This document shows, one piece after another, positions 1 through 12,801 of a DNA stretch of 64,000 bases. The DNA is from Piromyces finnis finn (Eukaryota > Fungi > Neocallimastigomycota), in NCBI GenBank assembly GCA_002104945.1, contig MCFH01000002.1, forward strand, positions 930,001-994,000, given 5' to 3'. How positions within the stretch are numbered: position 1 is the stretch's first letter; every line of letters starts with the position of its first letter. A program made the translations under genes and the position numbers. The notes below the pieces were generated by a model. It ran no database searches, had not been told where the DNA came from, and worked only from the letters and a program-made list of their open reading frames with translations.

Positions 1-17
1 AATTATATTGACATTAC

Positions 18-50
18 AATAAAATCTGGTTGAGGATGTATAAAGGACAT
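18..50 (-). CDS. Possible first coding exon of a gene running off the left edge (MSFIHPQPDFI)
   Basis: On the minus strand an A-rich context precedes ATG at 50..48. Eleven open codons follow, then a GTAATGT donor at 17..11. The fragment is too short to assign a product. Confidence 0.3.
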
Positions 51-2426
51 TTTTTATATTTTTTCTTCTCTATATTTTTATTATATTTCAAAATTTTCAA
101 ACTTTATGTTGATGATGTCTGTAACTTTTCTTTATTATTTATTGATTTTTTTTTTTTTTTTTCTGTTTTTATACTATCTTTTTTTTTTCTTCTTGATTAG
201 ATACTTTTATTTCCAAAGAAAAAATAAATTTATAAAAAAAAAAAAAAAATATCCAATTTATGTTCTCTCTTAATTTGATATATACATTTGTTATATTATA
301 TAGTAATATATATAATATAAATAAATAATATTTTATATAAAATGGTTATTATATCTACTTTGAATATAAAATTATATGTTGTCAAACTTATAACTGATAT
401 AGTAATGAATTGAAAAAAAAAAAAAGAATGTGAGTAAAATGATTAAACCTTTGATATTTAATATACTTTAATGTACATATAATTATATACAATGCTAAAA
501 TAAATATATTTATTTTAATTTTTTTCTTTTTTTTTATTTTGTTTTAATACTATATTTTAAAAATATATATATATATATATATTAGTAATATTTATCATCA
601 AAATATCGTTTCTCTTTTTTTTTATATATACTTTTTCTTACAATTTTCAAAAAAAAAAAAAAAATAATATATATATATGTATGTAAGAAAAAAAAACTAA
701 TTTTATCAAGTTAAAAATAAGTTTTTCATATATAATAAATTATAACATGCATCCATATAGTATATTTTTATTTTTAAAAAATAAATGTAATAATAAATAA
801 TTATTATATTACATTTAAATAAAATAATAGACTTTAATAACGATTAAAGTTGTTTATGAGAAAAAGAAAGATAAAAAGAAATTAAATATAAAGAATTATT
901 AAATAAAGTTTCCTAAAGTATAAATATAAAAATATTTTTTAAAGGTAAATGTAAAAAAAAAATTTTTTTTTAAATATTTTTATTTTTCATATAGATTTAC
1001 CTTAGTTTATAAATAATAAGTAAGAATTTTATTTTTAATAATTTTTTTTTTAAATTCAAATCTATATTTAATTTTAACATTGTGTATTTCTTTTTTTTTT
1101 TTTTTTAATAAACAATATATGTTAAAATGTATATATATAAAATAATGTATATTCCACACAATGATCAAAAATTATAGTTTATAATATAAAAAGGAAATAT
1201 GAATAATTAATCATTATATATATTTATATTTTTAATAAATAAATAAAATCCAGAAGAAAAAATAGTCTTTTTTTTTTTTTTTTAATGTAAAAATCTTATT
1301 TATCCTAAAAATTTTAGCCAAAAAAAAAAATTGTACCCATACCTCATGACACTTTAATAATTTTTAAAAAAAAAAAAAAAAAAATTTTTTTTTGACAGTT
1401 TTTTTTAAATATTTATTTTGTTAAAAAAAAAATGTGGATAGATTTATGAAATATAAATTATTATTTACATTTTTAATATATATATATGAAAAATTAAAAT
1501 ATAAACTTTTAATCGATTTTATATTTTATGGATTTTTTTTTTTTCTCTCCATCATTATTATTATTTTGTCGTTACTTTTATTTTTTTTATCAATTTATTC
1601 AATATTCATATTTTCATTTATATATATACTTTTTTTTTTCTTTTAAAAAAGAATAAAGAAAAAATGAATGGTAGGGATTTGTATAAAATAATCCTATTTT
1701 ATTTAATTTAATCATAAAAATCATTGCTGTCCATTAAATAATCTTTTTTTTTTTTACTGCTTTATTTTTTGTTTTATTTTTATATTTATATTTAGGTTTA
1801 TATTTATTTATTTTTTTTTTTTTTTCTTAATAAAATAAAATTATAATTATTATGATAATAATAATTTAATAATAATAATATTAATAATAATAATAAAATA
1901 AAAAAAAACTGATTTTTCTTGTATAGTAGTAGGAAACGATTTAAAAAAATTTTTAAAAATTTTTGTATTCAATAATAAAAAAAAAAACTTCTTTTTTCTT
2001 TTTAATAATAATATATTTTTGATGGTGGTGGTGGTGTTATTGTTGTTGCTTTTTAAACTTTTAATTAATGTTCTAATAGAAATACTTTATTTTGAAAATA
2101 TATAGTTATAAAAAAAAACTGAAAAAGTATAAAAAAAATTTTTTAAAAAAAAATATTTATATTAATCTAATTTTTCCCTGTAATGATATGAAATAATGAC
2201 CTTAACTATTATATGTGTGTAGTGGATTTTGCTTTTAAACTAAGGAAAGGAGTAAAAGGATGAAGGAAATTTTTGTAAAATTAAAAAAAAAATTTTTTTT
2301 TTGTTGATACATGTGATTGAATATATATGAAATTGTAGAGTTTATCGTAAGGGGGAGAAGGAGGAGGAGGAATATTGATACTATTGGGAATATATAATAT
2401 ATAAAATGAGTTTGTTTGTTTTTTTT

Positions 2427-5400
2427 TTACCAGCAATCTACAACAGCTTGAACTTCTTCAGGTACCCAAATGGAACGAGATAAGGTTCGTTCTTCGGGTT
2501 TATCTAAAGAAGGATAGATATTATCAATAAGAGATGAAGCTGGAGGTACGGCTTGATTTTCACGTTCACATAATTTCTTATAACCTTTCTCCCAACGTTT
2601 CATCATTTCAGTGACGGCATATTCTAATTGAGCAACCCAACGTGCGGTATGGAAGAGTGGTATTTGATCACGGTTAAGGAAAAGTTTTCTTCTCAAGGCA
2701 ATTAATTTACCTTGTGGTAAAAGAACTTCCAATTGTGGTCCTGCCAATGGATGTTGCGTTATGGATATAACCTTATTTTCAATAAGCTTTAACATGGTAT
2801 AAGAATTGGTATTTTGGGGATTTTGTGTATTGCCAGATGGATTTTGACTATTAGCCATCATATGATTATGGGTTTGAACGGATAGTTGGTTATAAATATT
2901 TTTAATGATATTCATTTGCGCATTGGGTTTAGCAATTTGATTATTAATTAAGGCATTGGTATACTCTTTTGTCCAGGATATGATATTACGTGATTGCCAA
3001 GTCATACTACTTCCAAGTTCTACAGCACGATCTTCATATTCCTTATAACTGCCTACAACCATTTCATGACCAAGAAGTAAAGGATTTTTCTTGGATTGTG
3101 CTTTTTCGGAAAATGGTCCAACCGCTGAGCATGGTACAGTTTGATAATGATACTTCATATCACGTTCATTCCATGTACCAGTGGCATAGGCTACACTTGC
3201 TGCAACACGACTACACATTTTGAATTGATACTTTGGATAGGTAATGATAGGAGTACCACTCCAAAGAATATCAGCTGCAGTTGTATGAGCATTACATTCC
3301 ACCGTATCTAAAAAGATATCAGCAATACGACCACGATAGATATGCATATGCTTTGGAGCAACATCTGTAAAAATGACACGCTCAGCGACTTCCTCTCCAG
3401 CATATTTTTTAGCATGTTCGCGTAAATTACTTTCTCCTGAAGGTGGGAAACGTAAAAGCCAAAGAATACTATTCTTCATACGCTTTAAAATATTTAACCA
3501 CGTTTCAAAGATTTGTGGATCAATCTTGTAAAGTTGATTGAAATTTGCGTATATAATGGTATCTTCCTTGAGATTTGGGAAAAGTTCATGACGCATCTTG
3601 ATACGTTTTAATTGTTCACGACGCCAACGAATCTTTTCATCCAAGGTTAAATAGTCTTCTTCTAGTAAATCCCCACTAATAAGCTCATAATTATTTTCAT
3701 TAGTTACCTCCTTAATACCCATATCCACTATATTAAGATGATTTGTGTCTGTTTCTAATATACTCTCTATTTCAGCATCATTCTCTTCACGAAAACCTTG
3801 ACGGTGATCATTAACAAAGAAAGATTGTGACATGTATACAATGGATTCGGTAAATATTTTGGCGTTTTGAAGAGGATCATTTCGAATATCACGAGCTGAC
3901 TTTGAATCACTACTTAATGGCTCATTAATAACGGTATCTGGCGGGCAGGATACTTCATCACCAACTAAATAATCCATCCATCGATCCGGAAGACGATCAA
4001 ACCAATCTAAATCAGGGTCAGTTTCTTTGGCTTTAGGACCAACACTGCCATCTTTATATTCATTATAATCTGGGGATGGATCATATTCTGTATCAATATT
4101 TCCTGCACCCATGGTGCCAGCAAAACCCATAGTAGCTATTTGAATAGGACATGGTCTAGCAGCAAAAATTTCATTTTTACCACCCTTGGTATAACCATTC
4201 AAATTAACCAAAACATGGATTTGGTCCTTCGTTGCTATTCTTTCCACAATATCTTTAATGGAACTTTTGCTCGTATCTATAAAATAATCAGCTCCTTCTT
4301 CAATTGTTTTACGATATTGAGAATTATCTGATGGAGAAAGGGAATAACAATAAACCTTGAAACGATTACGATCATGCATTCTAAATACGGATTGCATTAA
4401 ATGAGCTAATGGATGGTTGTTAAAATCGGAGGAAAGATAGCCAATACGAATATGAGGTGCTGGTAAAGGTGGAATTGGATATGGATATGGATAATGGCCA
4501 TTACTATTAACGGTGGCACTTGCTGTCGACGTAATGGTAGTGGAAAGAACATTGGGACGATGGGAATAGGTATCTAAAATACTTCTTGGGAAACCTGGGA
4601 ACCAATCACTTGCAATGACATTCCAAAGTACACGATCCGCATTACGATGACTAATTTCACGAACCTGTTGCGCCGTCAATGAAGAATAGGTAAATGTATG
4701 GAAAGGAAGTACAGTGGGAACACCCTTAGGCACTTGGTCCTTACTTTCTTTTAATTGTTTATCCACAATAGCTGAAATATTCTTAAGATTTTTCTCACGA
4801 TCATGCCAATCACATACAAAGAGAAGACTATTGACATAATTACAAAAAGCTTCAATAAAATCTGGTTTAACGTTCAAAGCACGGCGATAAAGTCCAATAG
4901 CTTCTTCAACCTTACCCATGTCCTTATAGACATTAGCTAAGTTGGCCAAAGCAATAAAGAAATCGGGTTGAATTTGAATAGCTTTTTCATAGCACTTAAT
5001 ACCATCTGTAACCATACCAAGGTCCTTTAAGGCTGAACCTAAATTGGTAAAAAGATGGACATGATTTGGATCCAAAGAAAGACCCAATTTATACCATTCT
5101 ACCGATTCATCTAAACGCTGAGAAGACAATAAAATACCTAAATTATTACAGGTGTTTGCTGTTGGATACATTTGTAAGGATAAATAGTAAAATGCTACAG
5201 CAACTGAAGGGAGATGAACATCTTGATAAATCTTGGCCAATGTTTGAAGAATGGAGGATGAAGAGTGGTTATATTGTGAAGCTTCAGGTTTACGTGTATG
5301 ATAGTCAAACTTTCTAAGTACTTCTTTAGGATCAATGGTAGGTGCAGGGAGAGTGCCACTTTTAGAACTATTAAAAAGTTGAATTAAATCAACACCAATA

Positions 5401-7496
5401 GTAATTAAACCTTTAAAGTATTCCAACTTTGCACTTTCATATTGATTCAAGGCATAATACAAATTACCTTTTGCGAAATAAAGGTCACAACGTTTTTCAC
5501 TGGTAAATGAATTATTCTCGCGGTGGCGACGATGATGATGATGTGAAGAATTTGTGGAATTAGTTGAGGTATTATCTTGTTCTTGTCTTATAGCATTATT
5601 TTCTTGTTCTCTTACTAACTTTTGGTACTTTATTATTTCTTTTCTATTTTCTTCTATTCTAACAAGCAAAGAGACCAAGAGAATATCATTATCCATACGA
5701 TTATTACCTACAGTGAGTAAAGAAACAACATTTGGATCTTGAATAAGTTGATCTATCATATTTGGAACTAATTCATTAATAAAGCCATGTGATTGATTTT
5801 GATCCATTCTAAGGAAGTCCATTCGAGCAGCTTCTGGATAGTCACTTTCCATTAAAGTTTCTATTTTTTGATAAACCTGAATTGCCTCCTTCCAACGACC
5901 CTGTGTACTTACTAAAATCGCCAAATTAATACTTGCGTCCCAATATTTTGGACGTAATTTAATTGCAGTGCAATAGCATTCTTCAGCTTTTTTTAGATAG
6001 ACTGCACTATTTATTTGATCCTCGGGTTTTCCATTCACATTATTATGATCATTGACTTTATTTTTTTGATATTCTTGAGCCATAGCTTTATAGGTAGTAC
6101 CAAGATTTGAATATGCTTCAGAAAAACGATCATCAATTTCAAGAATTTTTTGATTATAAATTATAGATGCCTCATATATGTTCAATGAATAATAGGTACA
6201 ACCCAACAATAACAATGTAGGTAAATGATTAGGATTACTTTTTTCAAGTTCTATTAAAATAGCAAGTGCTCCCTTATAATCCTGTGAATTGTATTTTTGA
6301 TGTGCATTTTGAAGATAAAAATCAAAATTTTCTTTGCTTATTATTTGTGAATGTGGCTGGGAGGCTGCTGACGGATTTGATAATGCATTAGCATTTCCAA
6401 TAATTGCTTGAAGATGATAATTATTATAATTATTAGAATGACCATAGACTTGTTGTAACTGTTGCTGCTGTTGAAGATGTTGTTGTAGTTGTTGTTGTTG
6501 TTGTTGTTGATGATGATTAACATTTGATTGTGAATTTTTATGTAAAGATAAAGATTGCTGTAGTTGGTAATTTTGAATTTGTTGTTGAAATTGTTGTTGC
6601 TGTAGTGATGAAATTAGATTTGGATGAATATTTGAAGGTTGCTGTTGTTGAGGTAATGGTATTGTCATATTTTGTGACAAAAAATGGTGACTTGGGAAAT
6701 TATTGGTATCATTTGAACCACCAACAACGCCTACATTTGTGTTTTCATTTCCAACCTGGCTTACTAAATTTAATATATCAGGAGTAATAAGTATTTTATT
6801 ACTATTATTATTTGCATAGTCAAAATTATTACTAGGATTTGAATAATAAGTTTGCATTGTTGGTATTTGTTGAATAATTGCTTGTGGTAAAGTTGCTTGT
6901 GGTAAATTATGTTTATAAGCCATATATTTTATATTATTTGAATATTCCATATTTTGTATATATGAAGCATTATTATGGGAATTTAAGGAATTATGAATTT
7001 GATAATTATAAGCTTGTTGTGGAATACGATGGCCATTATTAGCGAGTTGGTTTGCTTCAATATATATGGGATTATGTTGAGATGGTTGTTGTTGTTGAGG
7101 TTGAGGTTGATTTAGTGAACCATTAGCAAGGGATACTATTTTTTGGTTTTTTGCTTGTTGCTGCAAAAGGGTATTACGCGCCGCTATCAATTGCTGCTGC
7201 TGCTGTATAAGAGAGGGATCAATATTTATAGGATATGGATTGTTAGGGATTTGTATATTTTGTTGGGGTATGAATTGTATATTATTCCCATTTAGTATGG
7301 TTGCTTGATGTGAAGGATATCTATTAGACATATTGAATTTGTTATTATTTTTCTCGGTATTACTTTCTACAATGTCAATGATTGTATTTGTAGATTTATT
7401 TAATATTAAATCACTATTCAATATATGAGTTTGTGCTTGATTCCATAAATGATCATGAACAGTTAACTGTGGTAATTTCCTTGAGAAAGATGACAT
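2427..7496 (-). CDS. OGT: O-GlcNAc transferase (GT41, OGT/SEC type) with TPRs and a long Q/N-rich N-terminus; intronless
   Basis: TPR-like helices precede the catalytic motifs GYLSSDFNNHPLAHLM, NFNQLYKIDP, ADIFLDTVECNAHTTAADILWSGTP and SRVAASV, which match human OGT (GYVSSDFGNHPTSHLM, NFNQLYKIDP, DVLWAGTP). The ORF track starts at TTG 7502; the first ATG is at 7496. Confidence 0.93.
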   Translation of the reverse strand: MSSFSRKLPQLTVHDHLWNQAQTHILNSDLILNKSTNTIIDIVESNTEKNNNKFNMSNRYPSHQATILNGNNIQFIPQQNIQIPNNPYPINIDPSLIQQQQQLIAARNTLLQQQAKNQKIVSLANGSLNQPQPQQQQPSQHNPIYIEANQLANNGHRIPQQAYNYQIHNSLNSHNNASYIQNMEYSNNIKYMAYKHNLPQATLPQAIIQQIPTMQTYYSNPSNNFDYANNNSNKILITPDILNLVSQVGNENTNVGVVGGSNDTNNFPSHHFLSQNMTIPLPQQQQPSNIHPNLISSLQQQQFQQQIQNYQLQQSLSLHKNSQSNVNHHQQQQQQQLQQHLQQQQQLQQVYGHSNNYNNYHLQAIIGNANALSNPSAASQPHSQIISKENFDFYLQNAHQKYNSQDYKGALAILIELEKSNPNHLPTLLLLGCTYYSLNIYEASIIYNQKILEIDDRFSEAYSNLGTTYKAMAQEYQKNKVNDHNNVNGKPEDQINSAVYLKKAEECYCTAIKLRPKYWDASINLAILVSTQGRWKEAIQVYQKIETLMESDYPEAARMDFLRMDQNQSHGFINELVPNMIDQLIQDPNVVSLLTVGNNRMDNDILLVSLLVRIEENRKEIIKYQKLVREQENNAIRQEQDNTSTNSTNSSHHHHRRHRENNSFTSEKRCDLYFAKGNLYYALNQYESAKLEYFKGLITIGVDLIQLFNSSKSGTLPAPTIDPKEVLRKFDYHTRKPEASQYNHSSSSILQTLAKIYQDVHLPSVAVAFYYLSLQMYPTANTCNNLGILLSSQRLDESVEWYKLGLSLDPNHVHLFTNLGSALKDLGMVTDGIKCYEKAIQIQPDFFIALANLANVYKDMGKVEEAIGLYRRALNVKPDFIEAFCNYVNSLLFVCDWHDREKNLKNISAIVDKQLKESKDQVPKGVPTVLPFHTFTYSSLTAQQVREISHRNADRVLWNVIASDWFPGFPRSILDTYSHRPNVLSTTITSTASATVNSNGHYPYPYPIPPLPAPHIRIGYLSSDFNNHPLAHLMQSVFRMHDRNRFKVYCYSLSPSDNSQYRKTIEEGADYFIDTSKSSIKDIVERIATKDQIHVLVNLNGYTKGGKNEIFAARPCPIQIATMGFAGTMGAGNIDTEYDPSPDYNEYKDGSVGPKAKETDPDLDWFDRLPDRWMDYLVGDEVSCPPDTVINEPLSSDSKSARDIRNDPLQNAKIFTESIVYMSQSFFVNDHRQGFREENDAEIESILETDTNHLNIVDMGIKEVTNENNYELISGDLLEEDYLTLDEKIRWRREQLKRIKMRHELFPNLKEDTIIYANFNQLYKIDPQIFETWLNILKRMKNSILWLLRFPPSGESNLREHAKKYAGEEVAERVIFTDVAPKHMHIYRGRIADIFLDTVECNAHTTAADILWSGTPIITYPKYQFKMCSRVAASVAYATGTWNERDMKYHYQTVPCSAVGPFSEKAQSKKNPLLLGHEMVVGSYKEYEDRAVELGSSMTWQSRNIISWTKEYTNALINNQIAKPNAQMNIIKNIYNQLSVQTHNHMMANSQNPSGNTQNPQNTNSYTMLKLIENKVISITQHPLAGPQLEVLLPQGKLIALRRKLFLNRDQIPLFHTARWVAQLEYAVTEMMKRWEKGYKKLCERENQAVPPASSLIDNIYPSLDKPEERTLSRSIWVPEEVQAVVDCW

Positions 7497-8914
7497 TTTC
7501 AATGTATAATTAAAATGAATTATGAATTGTTTATTATATTTAATAGGCGTGGATAAATACAGATTATTTGTTTTATATCATTTATTTTAAAATAGGAGTA
7601 GTAATAAAGTTATTATTTGTTTTTTAATATGATATCATTTATTTTTTAAAATAGGTTAGCATAAAAAAAAAATTCATTTATAATAATTTTTTTTCTGTTT
7701 TAAAAATACGTTTTTCAAAAAATAAAAATTTATAGTAAATATGTATTTTGTTTTATTAATTAACAATATGTTTTAAGCTGAATATCACTTTCTTCTATTA
7801 AAATAATATTAAATGTTCAAAAGAGAATAAAGATAGTATTTTTATTTTTATTGGTTTTTAAAACTCTATAGATAATGAATTCTTATAATATTATTTAATA
7901 TTATTATTTATATATTTTAATAAAATAACTACATATCATTGTCGTTATCATTTTCTAATAGCATTGCATATACTAATATTCCAATATTAATTCTTTATGT
8001 CATATTGAAAAATACATATTTTCATTAAAAATTTATAAACTATTTTATATTAATATTTTATTATTTTTTTCAGTCAAATAATTAAATAAGTCAACATAAA
8101 AATAATTATATATTAAATAAAAAAAATAAATATATAGGTTATATTGATTATTTTTATTATATACATTTATTGAATTTATCTTTTTTTTCGAATAAATATT
8201 TTATTTTCTTTATAATAGTAACCTTTTTAATTAATTTCTTACCTTTTTTAATAATTATTAATGTTGATATATTATATTTTATTATATGAAATAATATATT
8301 GCCTTTTATTCCTGCTATTATTAATAATGAAAAAAAAAAAAGAAGAAGAAGAAAATATTAACAAAAATTTATTTTTAAAAATTTAAAGTTGATATTTAAT
8401 AAAATTTATGAGCAATGTCCAATTCATTCTTTTATCCAATATTTAATTGTTGTATTATGTTTTTTTTTAATATTTCTAATAAATATTATATAAAAATTGT
8501 TATGTTTAATTTTGAATTTGATACTTTAATGACCACTTCAAATTGAACTATAAAATAATAATTATTCAATATATTTCCAATAATAATTTAAAATCATTTC
8601 TTATTATTGTTAAATGAGGTAGTGCTAAATATATTACATTGTTTTTTCTATTACTATCAAATGCAGGTAAACAAAAATAAAAAGAAAAAATCGAAACTCA
8701 ATTCCTCTATCCTTTTTTTTTAATTTATTCATCACTATTTGTTATATATCCAATATAGAATCGATTGTCTTTGCAATATTTAATTAGAACTTGGAACTTG
8801 CATCATTTTTTAAATGAATACTAGTATAAAAAAAACAATATATATTAATAGTATATTACTTTTTTAAAAAAAATATTATCTTTTGCTTGTTTTTTAAGTA
8901 GAATGATATTCTTT

Positions 8915-9076
<162 letters not shown>

Positions 9077-10517
9077 TTTTGTTTATGTTTTTTTTTTTTA
9101 TTTTTACTTTGTTTTTTCTTTTATTATATATCTTGAATATATTACACTTTTGTATTGTATTATTTTTTTATTTGTTATTGCACTTTATTTTTTGTTTTGT
9201 TTTGTTTTTTTGTCTTTTAGTTTTATGTATTAGTTCTATTATGTTCCTCTTTTTTTTTCTATATGATATAATTCTTAATAATTCATTTAATGATGGTTTT
9301 AATTTATTTAGTAATGCAGTTTTTTGTTATTTGTTATATTCAATTTCTTTTTTACTTGACATACAATTATAATGTATTGAGAATATCTCTTATATAAATT
9401 GTAAATTAAAATATTTCCAATTGTTTATAGTATTATATCATCTATTTTTAAATTAATAATTTTTTTTTATTATGATTTCATTTATAGAAAAAAAAATAGT
9501 TTATTTTAAAATTTTGTATTTTTTTTATTTTATTTTTAGTTTATTTTTTTTTTGTTTTTATTTATATTGATTAAATTTTTAATGTTATTTATTTAATAAT
9601 TCATTTAAATCAATAGAATATATTTATTTAAAATATTAATATTCATTCATTTATTATTCAAGAAGGAAAATAAAATAATAATTAATATATGAATAAAAAA
9701 AAATCTTTCAAAATAATAAATAATAATTGTGTGGTTTTTTTAATTAATTCCTTTTTTTTTTTTTTTTATTTAATCAAAAAAGTTTAAGGATAATAAATAA
9801 TTTTAATTAATTTTTTGTAATCCATATAATTATATATATTATAAAATATATTAGAATATATGAAAGATATGAAACAACAATAAAAATTAAAAAAAAAAAG
9901 ATTTCATTCCATTGTACCTTTTTTTATTATTTATTATTTAAAAAAAAGATGTCGTTGTTTATTTATATTTATATATAATATTTTACTTTTTTATATTCTA
10001 TATTTAGTTACTATTTTTTTTTCTTTCATAAATAGCCAGTACTAAATCAAAATTTATTAAAAGTCAAATATTAATAAAATAAATTCAACTAAAAAAAAGT
10101 TTAAGATTTCTTTTTTTTTTTTTTAGTTGGTGGTGGGGTGGATGGTGTGTGTGTATTGAAAAAAAAAAAGTTTAATGGTAAAGATAATAAGAAAATAAAA
10201 TAAAAAAAATTCAAAATTTTTAATAATATATATTAATGATGATTTATCTTTTTTTTTTTTCTTTTGATAAAAAAACTTTAAAAAGGATTATATATTATAT
10301 AGTATATATTAATATATTATTCTATTTATATAATATAAAAATAATGAGATAATAGTAACTACATTATTTTAATGTAATGTAAAATGTAGGACAAAATACA
10401 TTTGTATTAATGTACAACAAAATATTGTATATATAAACCATTGAAATGAGAAAATTATTTTCTATATTAATAATATATTTGTAGAATTTATTCAATATAT
10501 TATTACAATTTAAAATG

Positions 10518-10520
10518 TAT

Positions 10521-10555
<35 letters not shown>

Positions 10556-10556
10556 C

Positions 10557-10631
<75 letters not shown>

Positions 10632-10634
10632 TTT
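10518..10634. repeat. (TATT)n tetranucleotide microsatellite, about 29 units
   Basis: Direct reading; one internal substitution (TTAC). Confidence 0.95.
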
Positions 10635-12696
10635 TTTGTATATTTTGTATATTTATATTTAATATATGACATAAAATTTGAAACTTGCAAAATACATTAT
10701 ATTTTATTATATTTCATTATATATGTTATGTATAAATAAAAAACTCTAATTTTTATTTTTTTCTATTCCTATATATTAATAATATATTGTTACTATAAAT
10801 GAAACGGATACTGTATCAATTCGAATTATATTATTGAAATAATGTATATTATAATATATAAAGAGATAATATAATATTTTATATATCTAATATATTTAGA
10901 ATATTATTCATAATATATTTAAAGTATATAGGCAAAAAAATGAAAGATCAAAAATTTGGTAAAGCTTGCCTGAGAATTTTGAATGTTTAGTATAAACAAG
11001 GTTCTTAATAAAAAAGGAAAAAAAAAAAAAAAGAGACCTACCAAAAGCTCACCAGAATAAAATACTAAAAAAAAAAAAATGATAGAGTAGAGTAAATGAA
11101 AAAAGAAACATTTTTATAATTGATTCTGATTATAAATGAACTAGTTTTACTAATATTAATAATAAAATGGAAATGTTAATGCAATTCAAAAACCTGTTTC
11201 AAAATTTATTATTTAATAAAATAAAAGCAGTGGAATGGGGGAAAAAATAAACATTTTTTACTTATTTGATAAAGTGAAGACTTTATAAAAACATAAAAGA
11301 ATATTTTTATATGGATTAATAATAATATAATTTGTATAAGAAATTATTTAATGAATAAAAATATAATAGAGATGCTTTTAATATATAAAAAAAAAAAAAA
11401 AAATAATAATAATAATAATAATTATTGTATTTAAAGTAGTATTAACCTTTAGGGGAAAAAAAAAAGAGTTTCAATATAAATCATTCAATTATTTTTTGAA
11501 TAATTTTTTTATTTCAATTATTGATTTCTCTCTCACCAAATATACTTGCTTGCTATGAATAATAATAATAACAAAATTATACCGATTCTAGTCTAAATAT
11601 TAAAAAAAAAAAAAAAAAAAAAGATAAATAGGGATGTCTAAAGAGATAACAATATTTACTTTTATCAAAATATTCCCAAACTATGGTAAGGAATGTTTTT
11701 TATTTTCAGGTTTGTTTTTTAATCACTTTGTGAAACCTTAATGTTTTAGATGAACAAATTTTTTTTTTTTGGTTGCACATTAAATAATATTAATGTACAT
11801 AATTAGTTTAATGTAATTCCGACATATTACAAAAATAAAAGAAACCTTTGACAAGAAAACACAATAATTATATATGTATAAGTTGTCAAGAAATAATAAC
11901 TAGAAAAAAATAAAAAAAAAAGCAAAATAGGTATTACTAAATAATAAATATACAATATAAATAAAGAAAAAAAAGTAAAAAAAATCACACATTGTATTTT
12001 GTTTATATATATATATATATATATTTTGTTTTTTGGTTTATTCTTTTTTAAAAATATAAATATTTTTTATGTTACAAAATGGAATAATCTATTAATTATG
12101 AAAAAAAAAAAAAATCTATTATTACTACGAATATTAACATAATAATAATATTATTATAAATGATCATTTTGTAATATTTTTTCTTTTTGTTAATATATGA
12201 TAATTGTTTTGATAAAAAAAAAAAAAAAGGTTTTTTTTTTTTTTAATAAGTATAAGATTGTGTTTTAATATTATTTTTTTTTTACTATCATTTGTTTTTA
12301 CGATAAAAATGAAAATATACGGGTTTAAATAGTTTTGGGGATAATTAGGTGTTATTTAGTTGTTGTTTTTTTTTTTTTCATTATAAATTGAGGATGAAAT
12401 TTCAATAAGAATAATGAAAAAAAAAAAAATTGTTCAAAAAGGTATAAACGAAATAAATGGAAATCCATTTCTTTTCGTGAGTATAAATAATTAATTAAAT
12501 AATAATAAAAAAAAAGAGCACATACAGAATTAAATATGATATAAAATTTAGTGTAAATACCCTTTTCATAGAAATATATATTTTTTTTTAATTACTGAAT
12601 ATTATTTACTAAAGAGTTTTAATTATTGTTATTATTTTACCGATTTTAAAAAAAAATTTATTTTTAATATTTTGGCTATAATGCAATTATGATATT

Positions 12697-12722
12697 TGTG
12701 TGTGTGTGTGTGTGTGTGTGTG
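12697..12722. repeat. (TG)13 microsatellite
   Basis: Direct reading; about 80 bp downstream of the CPBP copy A stop codon. Confidence 0.9.
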
Positions 12723-12801
12723 TTGGTTTTATAATAAGCGAGTTCAAAAATAAAGAGTATGAAAAAAGGAATGAAAAAGAGGGAGGATGAGTCCTTTAGG
12801 A

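Noticed and set aside
1434-1646. 70-aa hydrophobic ORF (and similar ones at 14951, 36829, 39885, 56574, 57617)
   Set aside because: They have intergenic base composition, no motif, and hydrophobicity that follows from T-richness.
2990-6787. Short ORFs inside OGT, and likewise those overlapping the GATA, HAD, BSD, 59-kb and 63-kb genes
   Set aside because: These are antisense or alternate-frame shadows of real coding regions.
10515-10739. (YLFI)n ORF
   Set aside because: This is the translation of a (TATT)n microsatellite.
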